A stretch of 64,000 nt of DNA from Phycisphaerales bacterium (GTDB lineage Bacteria; Planctomycetota; Phycisphaerae; Sedimentisphaerales; UBA12454): positions 246,925-310,924 of the forward strand of contig PLMU01000007.1 in assembly GCA_003142595.1 (NCBI GenBank). The letters are read 5' to 3'. Shown here one piece after another: positions 1 through 9,119 of this stretch. Both the position numbers and the translations under genes were made by a program. Every line of letters starts with the position of its first letter. Position 1 is the stretch's first letter. Below the pieces are notes generated by a model, which was not told where the DNA came from, made no database searches, and saw only the letters and a list, made by a program, of their open reading frames with translations.

Positions 1-261
1 GACAGTCAAATCCGGGCAAAGCTGAGGCCGATTAATATCGAGGATTTTGACTTTGTAAACCTGGCCTGCGAAGCCGCCGCCGACAAAATTTTCAATTACC
101 AGTTTCACTTTGACTTTTTCGCTGCCGCCGAGAGGCTCGAAATCATAGACAAGCTCTGTGCCGGACTCGTAGCGCCCCTGGTGAGCGGGCCGAAACAGCG
201 ACAACTGCTCTAAGCTTAAATTTAAACTTTTGCAAAATTCTGCGGAATATTCCGATGCCAT
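1..261 (-). CDS. hypothetical protein, N-terminal fragment (ORF runs off the left edge)
   Basis: Absent from the ORF track because it is truncated. The reverse-strand ATG at 261-259 opens MASEYSAEFCKSLNLSLEQ...VGGGFAGQVYKVKILD and stays open to base 1. The GxGxxGxV-type glycine loop only weakly hints at a kinase or nucleotide-binding fold. Confidence 0.45.
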   Translation of the reverse strand, partial: MASEYSAEFCKSLNLSLEQLSLFRPAHQGRYESGTELVYDFEPLGGSEKVKVKLVIENFVGGGFAGQVYKVKILDINRPQLCPDLTV

Positions 262-326
262 AAAGTCCTTTAAAGGCTTACAAAACCTGTGAAATGATAC
301 TTAATAAGAGATGAATTTTCAATCAC

Positions 327-818
327 TTATCGAATAAATTCTAAAAGGAATATAATTATACACAATACGGTTCCGGCCATAATGCCTGCGACCAAATCAT
401 CGATAAGAACACCAAGACCACCTTCGATTTGCTGGATTTCGTGTATTGGAGGAGGTTTGAGAATGTCCAAAATCCTGAAAAGCACAAAAGCGGCGATGGC
501 AGAGGCCGCAACTTTTCCTCTTCCACTAAGTAAAGCTGCAGGCAAAAGCGCAATAGATTGACCGGCAAATTCATCTATTACAATCCAGGACGGATCTTTT
601 TTGCCTTCAAGCTTCTCGGCCTGGCCGGCAAACATCAGGCAAAGAACGCTTGATATAATCATCGCAAGGACAAGGAAGATAAGAGCAATGATATCTATCG
701 GGCAATAATAACGACATAGTAGAAATGCCGCCAATGGCAGCAAACTGGCAAATGTCCCCGGCGCAAATGGGAGAAAACCGACGCCAAAACAGGAAAGTAT
801 AAGTTTTTTTATTTTCAT
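327..818 (-). CDS. pgpA: phosphatidylglycerophosphatase A
   Basis: 163 aa. The N-terminus FGVGFLPFAPGTFASL and the C-terminal GVLIDDLVAGIMAG are typical of the PgpA family, on a polytopic membrane profile. Confidence 0.85.
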   Translation of the reverse strand: MKIKKLILSCFGVGFLPFAPGTFASLLPLAAFLLCRYYCPIDIIALIFLVLAMIISSVLCLMFAGQAEKLEGKKDPSWIVIDEFAGQSIALLPAALLSGRGKVAASAIAAFVLFRILDILKPPPIHEIQQIEGGLGVLIDDLVAGIMAGTVLCIIIFLLEFIR

Positions 819-822
819 AAAA

Positions 823-1914
823 TCAATCCTTTATCATTTCGAGGCAATACCAGTCTGTCATACCTGCGACATAATCGCAAATGGTTCTTTCGAGGCCGAA
901 CTCGCCAATCAGACCCTGATAATATGGCGGCATTAATTTGGAGTTGGTTTTGAATTTGTTAAAGACCTTCGCCAGCCAGTCTGCGGCCTGGGCGGAAACG
1001 GCTTTTACAGACGGATGCTCATACATATTGTCCCAGAGAAAATCCTCAAGCTGAATAAGGCCAGTCTCGGCATCATCACTTAATACTATAAAATTGTCAG
1101 TATGGTTCAAAACCTGCTGCAAATTTTCAATATGTTCACCCGTAATCGCCGTCCTGGCAGCCTCGATGCAGTCGCCGACGAGCATATCGATGATAGTTTT
1201 GGCGATTCGCGTGTTCCTGATGAAGGTATCGCTGATATCATCGGCCTGGCATCTGGCGGCGGCCTGAACGCAAAGCTCGATTTTCATAATCATTTCATAA
1301 TTCAATAATTTTGCCCGCAGGCCGTCTTCGAGGTCGTGGCAGTTATACGCAATTCTGTCTGCCAGGTCGATAATCTGGCCTTCGAGCGAACAGTTCTTTT
1401 CGATAAAACTTTTTTTATGCGGGCTGTCAAAAGCGGTTTTGTGTTTGGCCAGGGCCAGCCTTGTCTCATACATAAGATTAAGCCCTACAAAATCGGGATA
1501 AGGCCTTTCGAGCAGGTCAACGATTCTAAGGGTCTGGTCGTTGTGCTCGAACCCGCCGAAATTTTTCATCAGGTCGTTAAGTGCCGCTTCGCCGCTGTGG
1601 CCGAAGGGACTGTGACCAAGGTCGTGAGCAAGGCCCGCCGCTTCGGTAAGAGCTTCATTCAGGCCGAGCGATTTGGCAATCGTTCTGCCGATTTGCGCGA
1701 CTTCGATGCTGTGAGTAAGGCGAGTGCGGTAATGGTCGTTGGTCTGCGGCATAAAGACCTGAGTTTTGCCTTCGAGCCGCCGAAACGCGGATGTATGAAT
1801 TATCCTGTCCCTGTCGCGCTCGAACGGCATACGATATGCGTGACCAGGCTCGGAGAATCTTCTGCCTTTGCTGTTGGCTTCCGTTACGGCATAGTTTTGC
1901 AGAAAATCGGACAT
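823..1914 (-). CDS. dGTP triphosphohydrolase-like HD-domain phosphohydrolase
   Basis: 363 aa with [18 protein letters not shown] and [13 protein letters not shown] (HD motif), matching the dGTPase (Dgt) family layout. It sits 4 nt from pgpA, and the upstream HIT gene stops only 2 nt before its start. Confidence 0.85.
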   Translation of the reverse strand: MSDFLQNYAVTEANSKGRRFSEPGHAYRMPFERDRDRIIHTSAFRRLEGKTQVFMPQTNDHYRTRLTHSIEVAQIGRTIAKSLGLNEALTEAAGLAHDLGHSPFGHSGEAALNDLMKNFGGFEHNDQTLRIVDLLERPYPDFVGLNLMYETRLALAKHKTAFDSPHKKSFIEKNCSLEGQIIDLADRIAYNCHDLEDGLRAKLLNYEMIMKIELCVQAAARCQADDISDTFIRNTRIAKTIIDMLVGDCIEAARTAITGEHIENLQQVLNHTDNFIVLSDDAETGLIQLEDFLWDNMYEHPSVKAVSAQAADWLAKVFNKFKTNSKLMPPYYQGLIGEFGLERTICDYVAGMTDWYCLEMIKD

Positions 1915-1916
1915 AA

Positions 1917-2426
1917 TTAAAGCCCGGGCAGATTATTTTGTGCGCTTGCGGTTTTGAACTGGTTATATAAATCCTTCATCCCCTGGCTTATCACATCCGT
2001 GCCTGCACAAACATCCATAAAATTGGTATCGCCGTCCCATCTGGGAACAATATGAAGATGCAAATGGCCCGGCAGTCCTGCTCCGGCACATCTGCCGAAA
2101 TTAAAGCCGACATTAAAGCCGTGCGGCTTAACCGTCAGATTCAAAACCTTCTGCGAGGCAACGATAAGTTTTGTAATCTCCAGCATCTGACTGTCATTTA
2201 ATTCGTCAAGACCGAAAACGTGCTGTATGGGAGCTATAAGCAGATGGCCGTTGTTGTAGGGAAATTTGTTGAGCATAACAAGCGACAAGCCGGTTCGCCA
2301 AAGCACAAGATTATCGCTGTCGGAGACGGGATTTTTTACGTTATCGCAGATAAAGCAATCGCGTTTTTCAGCCAATCCTTTTATATATCCAATCCTCCAC
2401 GGCGCCCAAAGATTAATCCTTTTCAT
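1917..2426 (-). CDS. HIT-family nucleotide hydrolase/transferase
   Basis: 169 aa carrying the histidine triad [11 protein letters not shown]. Confidence 0.85.
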   Translation of the reverse strand: MKRINLWAPWRIGYIKGLAEKRDCFICDNVKNPVSDSDNLVLWRTGLSLVMLNKFPYNNGHLLIAPIQHVFGLDELNDSQMLEITKLIVASQKVLNLTVKPHGFNVGFNFGRCAGAGLPGHLHLHIVPRWDGDTNFMDVCAGTDVISQGMKDLYNQFKTASAQNNLPGL

Positions 2427-2534
2427 CCCGCACCTTCTTTTAATTCAATCTTTTTGAATCTGTTGTATTTTATATTGATCTTTTCGATTCTTAAAAAAAT
2501 ATACATAATTCATTGAATATTTAGAAGGTGCGGG
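2427..2534 (-). promoter_or_regulatory. long-range inverted repeat overlapping the HIT-gene ribosome-binding site
   Basis: cccgcaccttct (2427-2438) and agaaggtgcggg (2523-2534) are exact reverse complements, 84 nt apart. On the mRNA strand the proximal arm reads AGAAGGTGCGGG directly followed by the ATG. Confidence 0.3.
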
Positions 2535-2553
2535 ATTCATTCGTTAATTCATT

Positions 2554-3576
2554 TTATTCAACCAAGATCATAGTAATCGTCTGGTCGATTTTAATGTTCG
2601 GTTCAAGTGTATCGCTTCCCAGACCAAAAATTGAGGCGCTGACTTTCGCGTTATAGTGCTGAGTATCGCTTTTAATCAGACCTTTTTTGATATCAAAAAG
2701 CTGCCTGCCGTCGCCATCAATGGAAAGTACTTTATAGTTCTGCAAAAAGCCAAAGGTGCCTCTCATCTGAAATGACGAGCTGCCGTAAGGCCAAGGGGCA
2801 TCCGTCAGCTGAAGCTTACTGAGACTATAAGTACTTGTAATGTCGGCGCAAGAAACATTGTTTATATCAACGATACCGGCCAATTTATACGCGACGTCTC
2901 TGCCGGTTTTAGAGACAAAAGGCATCGGGGCCAGAAGCTGCGAGTTCCACTTGCTGTCTTTTTTTACTCCCTTGAGCGGTTTTTTTATACTCGCCGTCGA
3001 GTCCCAGATTCGCCACTGGGCAGCGACAAAATCCATAATCATATCCGGGTCTTTAATCTTGCCTCTTTGAGATTGTCCGGCAAAAGCTTTGCCGCCAAGC
3101 TCCTTAACAAGTGAAACAAAGTTCGAATCATCGGCTATTTTGCCTGTCGGGGTAATTTTAAATATAAAACTTCTGCCGGCAAGAGATTCGACCGCATCGG
3201 GCCTCTCGCCGTGTCCCGCAGTGTGTATTACTTTAGCGGAATTGCAGGTTGCCTCGATTGTGGAATAGCCATACGGATCCACCTTCAGGGCCTTATAAGT
3301 AATTTCCATCTCAAGTTTATCAATATATTCCTCATCCTTTTCCGTGTCCGGCCCCTTTGTCTTAGAATATTTTCCGGTCGGGTCAAGATCAAGCTTAGTA
3401 CGTCTGTCGCAGATAAATTTATACTTGAGAGGAGCAACAGTATTAAAATCAACTGTCAAAAGCAGCGGGTATTTAACTTTGGGTGATTGCGATTTCGGCT
3501 GTTTTTTCTCTTTGGCGCTGGCAAAACAAGCCGTGATTACGATTAAAACCAGTCCTGTAAAAATCCATTTTTTCAT
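2554..3576 (-). CDS. hypothetical lipoprotein
   Basis: 340 aa. The signal peptide ends in the lipobox VITAC. No recognisable catalytic motif. Confidence 0.6.
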   Translation of the reverse strand: MKKWIFTGLVLIVITACFASAKEKKQPKSQSPKVKYPLLLTVDFNTVAPLKYKFICDRRTKLDLDPTGKYSKTKGPDTEKDEEYIDKLEMEITYKALKVDPYGYSTIEATCNSAKVIHTAGHGERPDAVESLAGRSFIFKITPTGKIADDSNFVSLVKELGGKAFAGQSQRGKIKDPDMIMDFVAAQWRIWDSTASIKKPLKGVKKDSKWNSQLLAPMPFVSKTGRDVAYKLAGIVDINNVSCADITSTYSLSKLQLTDAPWPYGSSSFQMRGTFGFLQNYKVLSIDGDGRQLFDIKKGLIKSDTQHYNAKVSASIFGLGSDTLEPNIKIDQTITMILVE

Positions 3577-3610
3577 AAAATATTCCTGTTAAATCAATTT
3601 CTAAATAATT

Positions 3611-4675
3611 TTAGTTAACTTTTTTTATACTGTAAAGATACGTAAAGCCCATTGCGACTTGGTCGGAATCTTTATCGCTATCGCTTTTCTGTTCCTCACG
3701 CGGTACGACCGCAACCTTTTCAACCAAAAGCTCCTGATAACTCTGAATTTCACCGGTTGTCAGATTGAAAATCATTTTGCCGGTATAGTTATCCTTATCA
3801 TCGATTAGGAATTTACTTGCAGATGCGCCTATTGTAGACTCCTTTTCCTGCTTGTCAGCACGCTTTGAGCTTGGAACAGCGTTCATATCAATAACGGCTA
3901 TCATCTGGTTGTCCTGTTTCTTCAAATCAGTCAGCGTATAAGCCTTATCAAATGATTTCGGCATAATCATTCCCGTAGGCGAAGCCGCTAAAGAACTCCA
4001 TTGATTTCCTTTTTCGCATAGTCCCTTTTTAACGGCCTTAGAAGTTTTGGAGTCAGATTTTTTTCTGGAAGAATCAGCTTTAATTTTCTTCTGCCTGTCT
4101 TTTTCACTAACGTATTTATCAGCTTTATCAGCGTCAAAGAGAGCCATCACCTGATGCCGCCTTGCAATTTCTTCATCGCTGAAAAGTCCGGTGGCAACTG
4201 CAGCGGCCGAACCTTCTTTCAAAATCGACCTCGCTGCCGATGCGTCGAGAACTTTGACAGTTCCCCTGGGCGAAATTCTGATTTTGTAACTTGCGCCTAT
4301 AAGCTTCATCAGCGGGTCGGACTTATCCTTTTCTCTTAAACTGTTAAAATCGGCTACTACGCCTTTGAGGGTCTCTGAGAAATAACTTAATTGCTTAATG
4401 GTAATATTAACCACAGCATTACCCTGCTGGTCAACCGATTCAACTCTTTGCTTAAAGACCATTCCGAGAGTACCGCTTTTATGACTTTCCTTGGTTTTGT
4501 TTATAGAGGGCTGGATAAAATTGACATTCCCTGAAAAGCCAGTAACAACTTTATATACAGTTTCGCTTTTCGGCGCAAGATTCAGTTTCATCTCAATAGG
4601 CGGCGTTCCCCAGCCGACTAAAACAGACAAAGCGACTCCTAATAATATAACAGTAACAACTTTCTGGTTACTCAT
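3611..4675 (-). CDS. hypothetical secreted or membrane-anchored protein
   Basis: 354 aa with an N-terminal hydrophobic anchor (VVTVILLGVALSVLVGWG) and a Lys/Ser-rich central linker. No known motif. Confidence 0.55.
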   Translation of the reverse strand: MSNQKVVTVILLGVALSVLVGWGTPPIEMKLNLAPKSETVYKVVTGFSGNVNFIQPSINKTKESHKSGTLGMVFKQRVESVDQQGNAVVNITIKQLSYFSETLKGVVADFNSLREKDKSDPLMKLIGASYKIRISPRGTVKVLDASAARSILKEGSAAAVATGLFSDEEIARRHQVMALFDADKADKYVSEKDRQKKIKADSSRKKSDSKTSKAVKKGLCEKGNQWSSLAASPTGMIMPKSFDKAYTLTDLKKQDNQMIAVIDMNAVPSSKRADKQEKESTIGASASKFLIDDKDNYTGKMIFNLTTGEIQSYQELLVEKVAVVPREEQKSDSDKDSDQVAMGFTYLYSIKKVN

Positions 4676-4867
4676 GATTTGCTCCTAAAACCATTAAATC
4701 TCAATATTTAATCTATAATATACAAGTCGGCAATTATAACAACAAAAATTCAATGAGCAAATTTTTTATGGACAAATGCAGCTTTTTGTAATTTTGGATT
4801 TATTTCTGTCCCGGTTATGCTTATAATAGCCCCTTTATTAATCTAACTCACTTAGGAGAAAATAGAT

Positions 4868-6535
4868 ATGAAAAGCGATATGGTCAGGAAAGGTTTTCAA
4901 AGAACTCCGCACAGGGCGCTGTTGCGGGCAACCGGACTTAAAGATGAAGATATGACTAAGCCCCTGATTGGCATAGCCAACAGCTTTTGCGAAATTGTTC
5001 CGGGACATATGCACCTGAACAAAGTAGCCCAAAGAGTCAAAAAAGCCGTTCGCGCGGCCGGCGGTGTGCCGTTCGAGTTCAATACTATCGCCATTTGCGA
5101 CGGTATCGCGATGGGACATACCGGAATGAAATATTCACTGCCCTCCCGCGAGATAATCGCCGACTCGGTCGAGTCGATGGTTCGTGCGCATTGTTTCGAC
5201 GGACTTATCTGTATCCCGAACTGCGATAAGATTATACCGGGAATGTTAATGGGCTCTGTACGAGTAAATATCCCGACAATTTTTGTTTCAGGCGGACCGA
5301 TGGTTGTCGGCAAAGATTCGAAAGGCAATGACGTTGACCTCAGCTCTACCTTCGAAGCTGTCGCGGCTTTCAAGGCCGGCAAAATCGACGAGGCAAGGCT
5401 GCACGAAATTGAATGCGTCGCCTGCCCTTCGCAGGGAAGCTGCTCGGGAATGTATACTGCCAACAGTATGAACTGTCTTTGCGAGGCTATCGGAATGGCG
5501 CTGCCGGGCAACGGAACTATTCCGGCAATCAGTCCAAAAAGAAATAAATTATACACCGCGGCAGGCAAACAGATAATGTCCCTTATCGAAAAAGATATAA
5601 AACCGCTTGATATTATATCCGCCGAATCTATTGATAACGCCTTTATGCTCGATATGGCGATGGGCGGCTCGACAAATACCGTTCTTCACGCATTGGCAAT
5701 CGCCAACGAGGCGGAAATTAAATACGACCTCGAAAGAATAAACGGTATCAGCGACAGATGCCCGAATATCTGCAAGGTTTCACCTTCGAGCAAATGGCAT
5801 GTCCAGGACGTTGACGATGCCGGCGGCGTTAGTGCAATATTAAAGGAGATTAGCAAAATAAAAGGTTTGCTCAATCTCGATTGCATGACCGTAACAGGCA
5901 AAACGCTCGGTAAAAACATCGCAAGGTCAAAAATTAAAAACACCGACTGCATACATACGCTCGAAAACGCGTATTCCAAAACCGGCGGCCTTTCGATTCT
6001 CAAAGGTAATCTCGCCCCCAACGGCAGCGTAGTAAAAACCGCAGGCGTCGCCGAAAAAATGCTGCGACACAGCGGCCCTGCCGTAATTTTTGAAAGCCAG
6101 GAAGATGCCTGCGAAGGCATTCTGGCGGGCAAAGTAAAGGCCGGCGATGTTGTCGTTATCAGAAACGAAGGCCCAAAAGGCGGACCGGGAATGCAGGAAA
6201 TGCTTGTGCCGACAAGTTACATTGTTGGCGCAGGCCTCGGCGAATCGGTCGCTCTGGTTACCGACGGCAGATTCAGCGGCGGAACCCGCGGTGCCTGCAT
6301 CGGCCACGTAAGTCCCGAAGCATTTGTCGGCGGTCCGATTGGCCTCTTGAAAAACGGCGACATAATTGAAATCGATATCCCGGCAAGAAAACTCGGCGTC
6401 AAACTTTCCGACGATGAGCTAGCAAGAAGAAAGGCACAATTCGTACCGCCTAAGCCGAAGATCACCAAAGGCAGTCTTGCTAAATACGCCGCTATGGCGA
6501 CAAGCGCCGATACCGGTGCAGTTTTGAAATGGTAG
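4868..6535 (+). CDS. ilvD: dihydroxy-acid dehydratase
   Basis: 555 aa. [26 protein letters not shown] and GGSTNTVLH are the classic IlvD/Edd family blocks. A GGAG lies upstream of the ATG. Confidence 0.95.
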   Translation: MKSDMVRKGFQRTPHRALLRATGLKDEDMTKPLIGIANSFCEIVPGHMHLNKVAQRVKKAVRAAGGVPFEFNTIAICDGIAMGHTGMKYSLPSREIIADSVESMVRAHCFDGLICIPNCDKIIPGMLMGSVRVNIPTIFVSGGPMVVGKDSKGNDVDLSSTFEAVAAFKAGKIDEARLHEIECVACPSQGSCSGMYTANSMNCLCEAIGMALPGNGTIPAISPKRNKLYTAAGKQIMSLIEKDIKPLDIISAESIDNAFMLDMAMGGSTNTVLHALAIANEAEIKYDLERINGISDRCPNICKVSPSSKWHVQDVDDAGGVSAILKEISKIKGLLNLDCMTVTGKTLGKNIARSKIKNTDCIHTLENAYSKTGGLSILKGNLAPNGSVVKTAGVAEKMLRHSGPAVIFESQEDACEGILAGKVKAGDVVVIRNEGPKGGPGMQEMLVPTSYIVGAGLGESVALVTDGRFSGGTRGACIGHVSPEAFVGGPIGLLKNGDIIEIDIPARKLGVKLSDDELARRKAQFVPPKPKITKGSLAKYAAMATSADTGAVLKW

Positions 6536-6966
6536 TCGATAAAAAAACAAATAAGCCCTGGTATGTCGCGGGACTGCATTTCCAGTGTGTTGCGTGCGGC
6601 CATTGCTGCTCCGGACCCGACGAAGGTGTTATCTGGATTTCAAAGCCGGAAATAAAACTACTGGCTGAGCATCTCGGATTAAGCGATTCGGACCTGAGAA
6701 AAAAATATCTCAGGAGAATCGGCTTTCGCGTATCAATACTGGAAAATCCGCAGACCAAAGACTGCATCTTTTTGAAAAATGTTAACGGCTCAAAAAAATG
6801 CACGATTTATAACTTCAGGCCGATGCAGTGTCGAACCTGGCCGTTTTGGACGTCTAATATTGACAGTTCGGACGACTGGAACAGGGCCGCAATGAAATGT
6901 CCCGGCATAAACAAAGGTAAATTTTATTCTTTAGATGAAATTGAAAAAATCAAAAATCTGTTCTGA
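6529..6966 (+). CDS. YkgJ-family (UPF0153) cysteine-cluster protein
   Basis: 145 aa with CVACGHCC (CxxCxxCC) plus distal Cys residues (CIFL..CTIY..CRTWPF). Its ATG overlaps the ilvD stop (ATGGTAG). Confidence 0.7.
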   Translation: MVVDKKTNKPWYVAGLHFQCVACGHCCSGPDEGVIWISKPEIKLLAEHLGLSDSDLRKKYLRRIGFRVSILENPQTKDCIFLKNVNGSKKCTIYNFRPMQCRTWPFWTSNIDSSDDWNRAAMKCPGINKGKFYSLDEIEKIKNLF

Positions 6967-7375
6967 GGTTGACTCAAAGGTCAAGGAAATTTATGACTGG
7001 CTGGATTCGAATATAAAAAATTTTAATCCCCAATGCACCACCTGCGGCAAGTGTTGCGACTTCGCAGCTTACGGCCATAAATTGTTTGTAACAACGCCGG
7101 AACTGCTCTACTTTTATAAAAATATTAAAAATTTAAAACCGATGCCGGCGCAAACCTGTCCGTATCTTGAAAATAACAAATGCACTGCGCGTGATTTCCG
7201 TTTCGCAGGATGCAGGATTTTCTTCTGCAAGGCCGATAGTGAACAATTAAATCGACTTAGCGAACAGGCGATTAAAAAATTTAAGACGCTGTGCGAAAAA
7301 TATGATTTACCTTACCGTTATGCCGATTTGGCCACGGCGATGAACAGTCCTGAATTATTAGATTTGATTGAATAA
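6935..7375 (+). CDS. second YkgJ-like cysteine-cluster protein
   Basis: 146 aa with CTTCGKCC plus CPYL..C..C..FFC. It overlaps the upstream paralog by 32 nt. Confidence 0.6.
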   Translation: MKLKKSKICSEVDSKVKEIYDWLDSNIKNFNPQCTTCGKCCDFAAYGHKLFVTTPELLYFYKNIKNLKPMPAQTCPYLENNKCTARDFRFAGCRIFFCKADSEQLNRLSEQAIKKFKTLCEKYDLPYRYADLATAMNSPELLDLIE

Positions 7376-7992
7376 TGAGCTTATTTTTATTTTTGATTCA
7401 GGTTTTTGTAATTTCACTTTCCGGCGTTTTAGCGCCCGGGCCTGTTATGGCCGCAACCATCGCTGCCGGAACTAAATCCAAACATGCCGGAATTTTCATC
7501 TCCCTGGGCCATTCCTCCATCGAACTGCCGCTGCTTGCTGCGATTATATTCGGCCTGGGTTTTGTTTTTGAACATCACATCGCTAAAATAGTAATCGGCC
7601 TTGTAGGCGGCGCTTACCTGCTCTGGATGGGCTTTGAAATGTTTAAAGAAATTAAAAATTATCACGAATCGCGACCGCCTTTTAATTCCAAAGGCCCGAT
7701 TATGACCGGCCTGATTCTGTCGGCATCAAATCCCTATTTTTTACTCTGGTGGGCGACGGTTGGGCTTAACCTGGCCAAAGATGCCGCCGGTTTAGGCTAT
7801 ATTGCGATTATTCTTTTTGCGATGGTGCATTCGCTTTGTGATATGGGCTGGCTGGAGATTTTGTCCTTCACAAGCTATAAAGGCACAAAATTTTTGAATG
7901 AAAAAAGTCAGAGGATAGTGCTTGGCGTTTGCGCCGCGGCGATAATATTCTTCGGTATTTACTTTATCCTAAAAAGTCTTTTAAGTCTTTGA
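7375..7992 (+). CDS. LysE/RhtB-family amino-acid exporter
   Basis: 205 aa with about 6 TM segments. The N-terminal SGVLAPGPVMAATIAAG resembles the LysE family signature. Its start overlaps the previous stop (TAATG). Confidence 0.75.
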   Translation: MSLFLFLIQVFVISLSGVLAPGPVMAATIAAGTKSKHAGIFISLGHSSIELPLLAAIIFGLGFVFEHHIAKIVIGLVGGAYLLWMGFEMFKEIKNYHESRPPFNSKGPIMTGLILSASNPYFLLWWATVGLNLAKDAAGLGYIAIILFAMVHSLCDMGWLEILSFTSYKGTKFLNEKSQRIVLGVCAAAIIFFGIYFILKSLLSL

Positions 7993-9099
7993 TTTACTTT
8001 TGCCTTTTACTGTTTCCTTCGGCACATTCGCATCTGCAGGCTTCGACGCCGGGATATTTTCAATAATCTCAGACAGTTTCTTCGTCATAGAGTCGGCCCT
8101 GACGGCAGAAATCTGGTAAATCCAGCCGCTGGTAACATCCTGAAGCTTTCTGACTTTTTCTTTTGCCAGAAGTTTGGCCTCTTTCTTTTTAAGTTCTTCC
8201 TGCGACTCTACGCCTTCTTCTTTTTTCACCTGCGTTTTGTCGGTAAAATCGGCGTTGAATTTTACAAAAGTTTTGGAATCTTTCTGAGCGATTTCGATAA
8301 GAAACAAAGTTGAGTCTTTCAGCAGACAGGCGTATTCACGGTCGAATTTCAAATCCGGCATTTCTGAAGCGGCGTTTACATCATCAAAGGTTACATCGGC
8401 AAGTGCGCTGAAAACCATATCGCATTCGCTTTTTTTCTCTTCTTTACCGGCAGGCAAATCCTTAATCGAAACTTCGGTGCCGTTGGCTTCGGGCAGGAGG
8501 GTATAAGTTCCGGCCGGTGAAGTAACCGTTACCGACGCGATATTGGCTTTGTTTACAATCGCTATAAGCTGTTTATCTATATACTCCAGCGGCGAAGCAC
8601 CGGGCCAGGGCACATTGTCCATAACATAAACTTTATTATCATTGACGAGCCTGCCGTAATACGTCCCGCCGGACGGGCAATTTTTGCCGATGATTACGCC
8701 GGTGATAACATGGCTGTTGGCATCGAGAAATTTTACAACTGCCTGCGAGTCCTGCTCTGTTACGCCAAGGTCTTTGTAATTCGCTTTGTCTTCTGTGTAA
8801 ACCTCAACGGTACGGATATCCATAATACCTGCAAAGAGATTATTTATTGTCTTGCTGCCGGCCGGATAATTACTTTTGTTTTCGACTTCAAAACCGTTTT
8901 GCCCCCTGCTTAGCGTGAACGTGTTTGCATCTTTGCCGATAACAATCTTTGACACCTTTGCGGGATCGAGGCCCTGGATAAGATAACCGGCCCCGGCCGA
9001 TATATGTTTTGTTCTGCTTGCCATCTGCGAAACATAAACGGCAAGAATAATTGACCCTATCGCTAAAATTCCCAAAAACGAAAGTTTTTTATCGCTCAT
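7981..9099 (-). CDS. DUF4340-domain protein (accessory to the GldG-type ABC system)
   Basis: 372 aa with an N-terminal anchor, at the position immediately downstream of the gldG-like gene that is typical for DUF4340. Its 3' end overlaps the convergent LysE gene by 12 nt. Confidence 0.7.
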   Translation of the reverse strand: MSDKKLSFLGILAIGSIILAVYVSQMASRTKHISAGAGYLIQGLDPAKVSKIVIGKDANTFTLSRGQNGFEVENKSNYPAGSKTINNLFAGIMDIRTVEVYTEDKANYKDLGVTEQDSQAVVKFLDANSHVITGVIIGKNCPSGGTYYGRLVNDNKVYVMDNVPWPGASPLEYIDKQLIAIVNKANIASVTVTSPAGTYTLLPEANGTEVSIKDLPAGKEEKKSECDMVFSALADVTFDDVNAASEMPDLKFDREYACLLKDSTLFLIEIAQKDSKTFVKFNADFTDKTQVKKEEGVESQEELKKKEAKLLAKEKVRKLQDVTSGWIYQISAVRADSMTKKLSEIIENIPASKPADANVPKETVKGKSKSKT

Positions 9100-9119
9100 T
9101 GTAAAACTCCGGGCAAAAA

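Noticed and set aside
4838-6603. Numerous 60-220-aa ORFs antisense to or out of frame with ilvD. The same pattern is seen inside glgP, the ABC operon, the lyases, GH31, the GT39 genes and others.
   Set aside because: They are shadow ORFs inside strongly supported genes. Their composition is Arg/Ser/Pro/Cys-rich, typical of off-frame translation, and they have no motifs.
7981-7992. A 12-nt 3'-end overlap of the convergent LysE and DUF4340 genes.
   Set aside because: It is real in the sequence but unremarkable. It may simply reflect compact genome organisation or a slightly shorter true 3' end.
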